Assembly: GCA_029907255.1 (NCBI GenBank)
Contig: JARYMF010000007.1
Coordinates: 37,896 to 101,895 of the forward strand
Direction of reading: 5' to 3'
Source: Armatimonadota bacterium
Lineage (GTDB): Bacteria > Armatimonadota > UBA5829 > DTJY01
DNA: 64,000 nt
Shown one piece after another: positions 36,393 to 44,400 of this stretch. Positions within the stretch are counted from its first letter, which is position 1. Every line of letters starts with the position of its first letter. The notes beneath the pieces were generated by a model. That model saw nothing but the letters and a program-made list of their open reading frames with translations. It ran no database searches and was not told the DNA's origin. The position numbers and the translations under genes were made by a program.

Positions 36393-37367
36393 CTATGTCC
36401 TCCTGTCAAGTGAAATCTCTATAATCCCAGGTGCGGTTACTGTCCCGCGAACTTCTTGGGAGTCTCTAAACAATCTAACTTTAATCCGGTCGCCAATGCG
36501 GCCTTCTTGCACAGCAATGCCTTTGTCGCTCACACTGACTGGACCGTTGTTTACATAGATAATCACTGGGTCGCCTGATTTAATCACTGGAGGGGATGCT
36601 ATCCATCCTCGACGAAGTACCGAACCCTGTGGAATTGGCACACATGCACTCCATCCTGCTTCTGGCTTGCCAATTATGATGTCACTTGGAAGGGTGGTTA
36701 TGTCTCTTTCTTCAAGCGAGATATTTGACGCATCTAACTCTTCATCTTTTGCGATGGTTTTCGTCGCTACTGGCACTTGTGCGATAACTTTGATTAGAGC
36801 TGGGACGTAAACCGTCCGGTAGGTTCTGCCATCAATTACAATCTCGATGGGAACATTCACGCGACCTTTTAGTTGTTTATTTGAGGATTTGACTCTTAGT
36901 TCAAGTTTGCCGATAGGGACTTCCTGGTCAGTTGGCAATCGAACAATTTCTGCTGATGCAACGCCAGGCAAGTCTTCCTTTTTAGATATGTATTCTCGAA
37001 CAGCATCAAAAAGCATTTCACCAGTAACGAGTAAGGCACGCCTTTTTACATTAGTCAAGTCAGGGCAAAGGAACACAATTGAGTCACTCCAAAGGCCAAC
37101 CCGTCGAAGGGCGGTAGTAATCTGTGCGCGTGTTAGTTCTCGAGACTTGCCGGGGAGTGGTGAGCAACATATGATGGTTTTCTTTACTTTTTCAGCAAAT
37201 GCTTGGTCATCCGCTTTTATTGTTGCAATGTCCCCAAGAGTGATGGCTTGGCTTTCCACTTCACAGGAAGGTCTGACTTGTATGGTTAATTGCGGCGTTC
37301 CGATTGCTGGAACAATGGCCAACATTAACCCCAAAATTAGCACATATTTGGTAATTTGCTTAGACAT
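36393..37367 (-). CDS. flgA: P-ring assembly chaperone FlgA
   Basis: Signal peptide, ITLGDIA, SAF-like domain, G.IGD.IKV. Confidence 0.88.
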   Translation of the reverse strand: MSKQITKYVLILGLMLAIVPAIGTPQLTIQVRPSCEVESQAITLGDIATIKADDQAFAEKVKKTIICCSPLPGKSRELTRAQITTALRRVGLWSDSIVFLCPDLTNVKRRALLVTGEMLFDAVREYISKKEDLPGVASAEIVRLPTDQEVPIGKLELRVKSSNKQLKGRVNVPIEIVIDGRTYRTVYVPALIKVIAQVPVATKTIAKDEELDASNISLEERDITTLPSDIIIGKPEAGWSACVPIPQGSVLRRGWIASPPVIKSGDPVIIYVNNGPVSVSDKGIAVQEGRIGDRIKVRLFRDSQEVRGTVTAPGIIEISLDRRT

Positions 37368-37373
37368 TTATCG

Positions 37374-38162
37374 TTACCGCCTCAGATTGTTTGCAATGCT
37401 CAGCATGTCGTCTGCTGTTTGGATAGCCTTGGAATTGACCTCGTAGGCACGTTGAGCGACAATCATGTTGACCATTTCCTCAACAACCTTTACGTTGGAC
37501 ATCTCGACAAACCCATGGGCAATTGTTCCAAGCCCATTGAGACCAGGTGTGTCTACTATCGGTTCGCCCGAAGCGGCTGTTGGTGCCAAAAGATTGCGGC
37601 CAAGGTTGTTCAGACCTGCTGGATTGATGAATTTAGCTATCTGTATCTGCCCTAGCTCCTGAGGGGTAGTTTGGCCAGCCATTGTGACAGATACTGTTCC
37701 ATCTGAACCAATGCTAATGCTTGTTGCTTCGGCTGGAATTGTAATTTCCGGGTCGAGAGGATAGCCATCTGCTGTGACTATGCGACCTTGCGAGTCTAGC
37801 TTAAATGTGCCATCCCGAGTGTAGGCAGTGGTTCCATTGGGAAGCAGTACTTGGAAAAATCCATCACCTTCAATCACAAGATCGAGCGGGTTGTTGGTCT
37901 GCTGGAAATCACCCTGCGAAAATATTCGGGTAATCGCAGCTGGTCTTGTGCCAAGGCCAACTTGGATGCCTGTGGGAACCATTGAGCCTTGGGCTTCCGT
38001 TGTGCCTGCAGTCCTAAGCGTCTGATAAAGAAGATCTTGAAAATCAACCCGGCTTTTCTTGAAGCCTGGCGTGTTTACGTTAGCCAGATTGTTTGAAATT
38101 ACATCAATGTTTAGTTGTTGTGCTGCCATGCCGGTTGCGGCGGTCCACAGTGATCTTATCAT
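37374..38162 (-). CDS. flgG: Distal rod protein FlgG
   Basis: [23 protein letters not shown] and [18 protein letters not shown] motifs. Confidence 0.97.
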   Translation of the reverse strand: MIRSLWTAATGMAAQQLNIDVISNNLANVNTPGFKKSRVDFQDLLYQTLRTAGTTEAQGSMVPTGIQVGLGTRPAAITRIFSQGDFQQTNNPLDLVIEGDGFFQVLLPNGTTAYTRDGTFKLDSQGRIVTADGYPLDPEITIPAEATSISIGSDGTVSVTMAGQTTPQELGQIQIAKFINPAGLNNLGRNLLAPTAASGEPIVDTPGLNGLGTIAHGFVEMSNVKVVEEMVNMIVAQRAYEVNSKAIQTADDMLSIANNLRR

Positions 38163-38174
38163 TGCTCAATCCTC

Positions 38175-38855
38175 CTAAACTGTTCTAGGCATTTGGTTGA
38201 TGACTTTGTCGAGTGTTTGGTCTATCGATTGGATGACTTTTTGATTTGCTTCGTATGTTCGGAGCGCACTAATCATAGAGACCATCTCAAGTACAACATT
38301 AACATTCGAACCTTCTAAACTTCCTTGTATAACCTTCCCAGCGGTATTTGAACTATCGGTGTGAATGCGAAGCTTGTTAACAATTGTGCCTCCAACTTTC
38401 ACGTTACCTTCGGGTTCCACTGACCAATTATCACTGGTTATTGTTATTGGCCCATTTTCACCGAGAACAGGGTTTCCTTCTTGTGTAACCAACTGCCCGG
38501 CTTGATTGAGCTTGAAATTTCCACTTCTTGTGAGAATTTCGCCAGTGGATGTACTAACTACGAAAAAGCCAGGGCCATCAATTGCCAAGTTGGTCTTAGA
38601 TTCCGTGTCAATCACCTGACCAATGGTTTCGTCTTGCTTGGTGTTAAGTATTGGGATTACACATTTGACTTGAGCGGCAGATGATCGAGGCTCAGCACCA
38701 TAAGCGTCTGAAAGTTCAGCTATAAAATTGGAAAATGAAACCCGCGTTTGTTTAAATCCTGGAGTGCTTACGTTTGCTAAGTTGTTTGAGATAATATCTT
38801 GTTGGTCTAGTTGCGCCATCATTGCTGATGCAGATGCATACAAACCCTGAATCAC
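38175..38855 (-). CDS. flgF: Rod protein FlgF (FlhO-like)
   Basis: MIQGLYASAS, SNNLANVSTPGFK, TRSGNF and LEGSNVN motifs. Confidence 0.9.
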   Translation of the reverse strand: MIQGLYASASAMMAQLDQQDIISNNLANVSTPGFKQTRVSFSNFIAELSDAYGAEPRSSAAQVKCVIPILNTKQDETIGQVIDTESKTNLAIDGPGFFVVSTSTGEILTRSGNFKLNQAGQLVTQEGNPVLGENGPITITSDNWSVEPEGNVKVGGTIVNKLRIHTDSSNTAGKVIQGSLEGSNVNVVLEMVSMISALRTYEANQKVIQSIDQTLDKVINQMPRTV

Positions 38856-38876
38856 TTTGCGTTACCTCCGCATTAC

Positions 38877-38905
38877 TTTTCGACCGTCTGGCAATGCAAC
38901 TTTAG
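38877..38905 (-). promoter_or_regulatory. Sigma-28 promoter of the flgF operon
   Basis: CTAAA-N16-GTCGAAAA; shares CGCTAAAGTT...GTCGAAA with the flgM promoter. Confidence 0.65.
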
Positions 38906-38984
38906 CGGTATTTTTAAATGCCTTGCCAGCAGCCAAATGCCGTAAGTTCAACATCGTTTAAGCAAATGCTGTCCTACAATTCCC

Positions 38985-39000
38985 TGGCATAGTAATTGCT
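38985..39000 (+). promoter_or_regulatory. Sigma-54 promoter of the glycosylation operon
   Basis: TGGCAT-AGTAA-TTGCT; flanks (CCC...GTA) identical to those of the flgB promoter. Confidence 0.85.
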
Positions 39001-39090
39001 GTATATTCAGTGCTCTGAATGCTATCGAAAAGTGCTGTTTGCATCGGGAATGATAACTAATACGTATGTGGGGAGATATTCTCCAGGCAA

Positions 39091-39585
39091 ATGGATATTA
39101 AGCGGCATTCTGATTACAAACCTATAAAAATTGCTTTCTTCGATGTTGACGGCGTCCTTACTGATGGAACAAAGTTCTATCACGAAGACGGCACAGTTTC
39201 TAAGCTTTTTCACGACCAAGATAGCACAGGCTTGCGAATGTTAACCCAAAATGGGGTGGAGGTCATTATCATTTCCGCCGATGAGCGCGTTAATAGAAAT
39301 TGGGCGGAACATCAAAGCCTGCCTTTCTATTGCACAGCTGACAAGGCAGAAACTGTAGCAGAGTTATTGGACAAGAAGGGATATGATGGCAAATCGGCTG
39401 CCTTCGTGGGAGATGACCTGAGGGATCTTGAAGCCATGAAGCTTGTTAGATATTCAATGGCTCCTGCAAATGCATCGCGGCAAGTTCGTCGAATAGCAAA
39501 GTTTCGGCTTCGCCGTGCTGGTGGCTCGGGTGCTGGGCGTGAGGCGGCAGAATTAATTCTGCGGATAAACCGTTTCATCTTTTAG
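39091..39585 (+). CDS. KdsC/YrbI-like HAD phosphatase
   Basis: FDVDGVLTDG, GDDLRD and GGSGAGRE motifs. Confidence 0.88.
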   Translation: MDIKRHSDYKPIKIAFFDVDGVLTDGTKFYHEDGTVSKLFHDQDSTGLRMLTQNGVEVIIISADERVNRNWAEHQSLPFYCTADKAETVAELLDKKGYDGKSAAFVGDDLRDLEAMKLVRYSMAPANASRQVRRIAKFRLRRAGGSGAGREAAELILRINRFIF

Positions 39586-39651
39586 AAACGTTGCTTATTA
39601 TCGCAATTGAATGTGTGGCGTTCTAAATTTCACAAAGCAAAGGAGTAGCCG

Positions 39652-41421
39652 ATGAGAAGCGTAGTGTTGCTTGCAGCAGGAATGGGGACAAGGCTTGGTT
39701 CAATGACAGAAAAGTTGCCTAAATGCCTTATTCCCTTTAATGGCAAAACGCTTCTAGAATACACCATCGAGAAGCTCCGACGCTTTAACTTTGATAATAT
39801 CGTGGTCGTTGCTGGTTATCGCCATGACCAAGTGCGCCGAATTGTTCCGGATATCTTGGTGAACGAGGATTATGCTACTACTCAGCCTCCTTATTCCCTC
39901 CGCATTGGTCTTGAAAGAGTACCTCATGGACCTGTTCTTGTTATGGATGCAGATATTTATTTCGAGGATCGTGTGCTCGAGGAAATTCTCAAAATGGGGG
40001 ACAGGTCTTTTATTATTACCTCCACTGCCGAATCTAAGCTGGAGCCAGGCAGCCGCGTGAATGTTAAAGATGGCCGAGTCGTTCAAATTGGACGCTATAT
40101 TTCGCCGTTATTCCCCTGGCAAATCCACAGCGGGATTACTCATATTAGCTCGGCTGACTTTGATTACTACAAGTATCTTGCCAATCAGGATACGTTCCGC
40201 ACAACCGAAATGCATGTTCTTTTGAACGAATTGTGCAAGAAAAGACTAATTCTTGCAATCAATATGGAGAAAACACGGGTTGAACGAAAAACAGGGGACA
40301 TCTTTCTCGATGGAGGTTCATTTTCTGACGTATTAGTAACCGAGCAGGACAATATAATAAGGAAGGAAAGCGCGAAGGATACTGAAAGGCTAATAAACGA
40401 GATATATTATCTCCGTGACTTGCCTGAAGAACTTCGGCCTCATTTTACAGAGCTTTTGGATTACAACGTCGAAGGACCAGTTGTTTGGTATACGATGCCA
40501 CATTATCCTCAGCCTTCGCTTAAGAAGCTCATTCTTTCAGGCCAGTTTACCGCACTTGATGCAGTAGAAGTTCTTACTAGAATAGTTAAATTCCTGGTTG
40601 AAAAGGTTTATGTACTGCGTCGCATTGATGCCCCAGCAAGCTACACTGCGTCTGTGCACTTTAACAGGGTTGATGTTCGTCGTGAAATGGCTTTAAAGCA
40701 AGCCCCGATATTAAAACAGGTTTTTGGAGCAAAGAAGTTCATAATTAACGGCTTGGAGTATGAGAATCCATTTGACATAATCGAAAAGATTAGAAGCCGT
40801 GTAAAATTGGTGAGCACTCTTCAACCGCCGTATCTGTGCATGATTCACGGCGATCCACATTTCGATAACCTGCTGATTGACACGTCGCAGACGCCTTGTG
40901 GTTTCCGCTTGGTAGACCCGAAGGGTTTCTGTGCCGGAGACCCCATGTACGATATATCCAAGCTTTTCCACGATTTTCAAGGTCTTTATGACTTCATATA
41001 TGAATACATGTTTGATTTGAATTGGCAGGTGCAAGGTGATGTTTTTGAAGCCGAATTCCAAATTCACAACTGTGCTGCCCTTCGAGAGTTTCAAAAGATT
41101 AATGAATATTTTCCAACAATTGTTTCACAGTTTTTTGAGAGCGACCCAAACTGGTATTTGCGCATGAAATTCATCGAGGCAATTCATTTTAATTGCCTTC
41201 AGCCGTTTCATATTAAAGGAGATGGCATAGAGTCGAAAGCAATTGCCATGTTTCTTGTTGGCGTTCAGCAGATGAACAACTTTTGGGAAATGGTCCCACC
41301 CGACCTCAAGAAAGAAGATTTGAAGTATAAGTTGGTTAATATCAACACTATTGAGGACTTTACATACGCACGAAGCCTGTTTAAGTCGGATTTGAATAAA
41401 GCGCAAGCGAAAGCAGCTTGA
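39652..41421 (+). CDS. Nucleotidyltransferase with inserted APH/choline-kinase-like domain
   Basis: LAAGMGTRL...PKCL; kinase motifs HGDPHFDN, DPKG and GDPMYDISK; C-terminal NINTIED. Confidence 0.8.
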   Translation: MRSVVLLAAGMGTRLGSMTEKLPKCLIPFNGKTLLEYTIEKLRRFNFDNIVVVAGYRHDQVRRIVPDILVNEDYATTQPPYSLRIGLERVPHGPVLVMDADIYFEDRVLEEILKMGDRSFIITSTAESKLEPGSRVNVKDGRVVQIGRYISPLFPWQIHSGITHISSADFDYYKYLANQDTFRTTEMHVLLNELCKKRLILAINMEKTRVERKTGDIFLDGGSFSDVLVTEQDNIIRKESAKDTERLINEIYYLRDLPEELRPHFTELLDYNVEGPVVWYTMPHYPQPSLKKLILSGQFTALDAVEVLTRIVKFLVEKVYVLRRIDAPASYTASVHFNRVDVRREMALKQAPILKQVFGAKKFIINGLEYENPFDIIEKIRSRVKLVSTLQPPYLCMIHGDPHFDNLLIDTSQTPCGFRLVDPKGFCAGDPMYDISKLFHDFQGLYDFIYEYMFDLNWQVQGDVFEAEFQIHNCAALREFQKINEYFPTIVSQFFESDPNWYLRMKFIEAIHFNCLQPFHIKGDGIESKAIAMFLVGVQQMNNFWEMVPPDLKKEDLKYKLVNINTIEDFTYARSLFKSDLNKAQAKAA

Positions 41422-41439
41422 GAATACCAAAACGGAGAA

Positions 41440-44400
41440 GTGCGAATGGGAGAAGAAAAGGTTCTAGGAAGGCATAAGAGAAGAGTAGCTTGTTATGCGA
41501 CATTACCGTTCCAATTGCGGTCTCTCAAGCCAATTGCTGATGGATTTGAGGATTCACTTATTAGCTATAGTCATAAGGAGATAATGGATTGGCAGCCAGA
41601 TGTTATTATTACCGCTGATGTTTCTCAGCTGCCTCTTTTCCGTGAGTACTGCGATGCCCACAATGTCCTATTAATAGGTATGAGACATGGTCCAGCTACA
41701 AAATACACTTCTCCTGAAAAAGAATACTCCGTCGCAGACTATGTTTGCGCTAGCGACTGGGATGTGGACGATTTTACGAAGGCTGGCGTTAGACCGAAGC
41801 GAGGTTTCTTGCTTACCGGCAATCCTTGGGTAGACGACGTATTCAAAATTCCCGAGCGCAAACTTTGCAAGGATGCTCCTACAATTCTATTTGCTCCAAC
41901 CTATAATCCTGAGGTCAGTGCGGCTAGGTTTTTCGAAGATAAGCTAGCAAATCTTATCCACTCCGTATATCCAAGAAGTAAAATCATTATCAAACCACAT
42001 CCTGCTATTCTACAATACGACCATCCGTATGTTGTTCAACATCGTGAAATATTTCGTCGTTGGATTAGACAGTGGCTTGCTATATGCCAGGATTCAAATC
42101 TTGTTACATTAATCGATGACCCTGCAGCATCAATTAGTCAGTTCTTTCCAGATGCGGATATTTTAATTTCTGATGGCTCCTCGTTAATATTTGAGTTCAT
42201 GGTGCTAAATCGCCCAATTCTTTTGTATACGAGCCCTGAGAAAGTAGGAATATGGGAGTATGATTCAAGGGCGCTCGGCAATGCCTGGCGCGATGTGGGA
42301 ACGGAGTTCACTACGCAAGAGGAGTTCATTTTTGCTTTAAAGAACGCTTTTGTCAATCATTCCGAAATACAAAGCACAAAGCAGAAGCAGTACACGAATA
42401 TTCTTTATGGCAACTACCAAGATGGGCAATCAACAGAACGAGTAATCCAAAGCATCAGAAATCTGCCTTATCTGGATATAGCGCTTCTAACGGATAAAAA
42501 TGCTAGCCGTGTAAAAGAGTTCTACGAAGGGTTAAGCAATATTCTCAGAAATAGCACCATACATGTTCTTGAAGACATAGAACCTGAGGGAAAAGACTCT
42601 CAGCTAAATGCCTTTTTTGAGAAGAGCGATTCACAGTTTGTTATGGTGATTGATTATGACAGGGGAAAGAGGTTGCAATGTGCAGATTTCATTAGCCGTT
42701 CGCTACAAATTATGTCGCAAGACCCATCAGTTGCAGCTGCTGGCAGGTTGGTAGACGGGTGGGTTGAACGCAGTTTTGCAATTTTTGATAGAAAAAAGGT
42801 TTTGGACGTGGGAGGATTCTCCAAGTCAGATTCTGACTTATGCATGAGGCTTTTAGAGAAAGGTTGGAAAGTAATCTCTGCATGGGACGATAGACCGGTG
42901 ATTAGGTTTGAAAGTGGCTTTTATGACGAGGAACACGGCGTGCGATGGATGGCAGAAGAAGCAGTTATGCGCGTTGGATGGAGTGTGTGCGATGTTGAGA
43001 AATTCCCACCTTTATGCCTCACATTTGATGTTGTGTGTTCGAATTCCAAGCATTATCCAAACTTCCCATTTAGTCTAAAAATATACGATGGCGAAGCAAC
43101 GATTAAAGAGATTCGTTTTGACAAGTCCTATAAAAAAGAAAAAGTTGAGATTTTGCTTCCTTGTATTGAAGGGCCCCATACTCTTCGATTTATAAGCGAT
43201 GAGTCCTATGTTCCTCGCGAGATTGGCATAAACGGCGACCCCAGAAGGCTTTCAGTAATGATTAACAATGTAAAACTAAATGCACAAATCTTAAATAAAC
43301 ATATACAAACTGAATGCCCAGTTCGTTTAATTGCCTTCTACTTGCCGCAGTTTCATCCCATACCTGAAAACGATAAGTGGTGGGGAAAAGGCTTTACAGA
43401 TTGGGATAATGTTCGAAAAGCTAAACCATTATTCGAGGGACACTACCAACCACACATGCCGGCCGACCTAGGCTACTATGACCTTCGCAATCCTGAAGTT
43501 CGTGAAGCGCAAGCTGAAATGGCAAAAAAATATGGGATAGAAGGCTTTTGTTACTGGCATTATTGGTTTAATGGAAAAATGTTGCTTGAGAGACCTTTTA
43601 ATGAAGTGCTTGAGTCAGGAAAGCCTGATTTCCCCTTCTGTCTCGCATGGGCTAATGAAAATTGGACGCGAAATTGGGATGGGCACGAAAACCTAATTCT
43701 TCAGCCTCAAGAGTATGGTGGAGAGGCTGATGATTTTGCTCATTTCGAATGGTTGCTAAAGGCGTTTAGAGACCCAAGATACATTAAAGTAGACGGGAAG
43801 CCCTTATTCCTCATATACAGACCCATGGATATCCCAAATGTTGAAAACACGCTTGCATTGTGGCGGCAATTAGCTGGGAGTGCTGGGTTGCAAGGCTTGT
43901 ATGTAATCGCCATCAGAATTAGTCTCGACAAAACGGTAGACGGGTACTGGTTAAAGCAAGGTTTCGATGCCGAGCTATTATTTCAGCCATCTTTTGGAAG
44001 GCTATGGGATAAATATGGAGCGGGTGAAATCCCGGGGGTTCTTAATGAATATGGCGAAGGTGATGGCGAGCCAGGGCTTATTCTAAATTACAATGACGCA
44101 TGGCATGTAATGGCTAGCATGGAAGGCAACTGTTTGCGAACGGTAGTTCCTTCTTGGGATAACACTCCGCGTAGAAAATATGGTGCTTTCATTCTAAGAG
44201 ATTCTACGCCTAAGGCATATGGCGAGTGGCTCAAACTTGAAATTGAGCGTGTGAGCAGTAGACCTCCAGAACAGCGGATTGTCTTTATCAATGCATGGAA
44301 TGAATGGGGTGAGGGCAATCATCTGGAGCCAGATGTTCGCTTCGGGCACGGCTACCTCGAGGCGACCAAGCGAGCAATTGTTGGTGCTCAAACAGCAAGG

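Noticed and set aside
34808..37446. Long antisense ORFs (e.g. 34808-35362, 36847-37446, 7213-7779)
   Set aside because: Shadow frames of well-conserved genes, with no independent motifs or SD.
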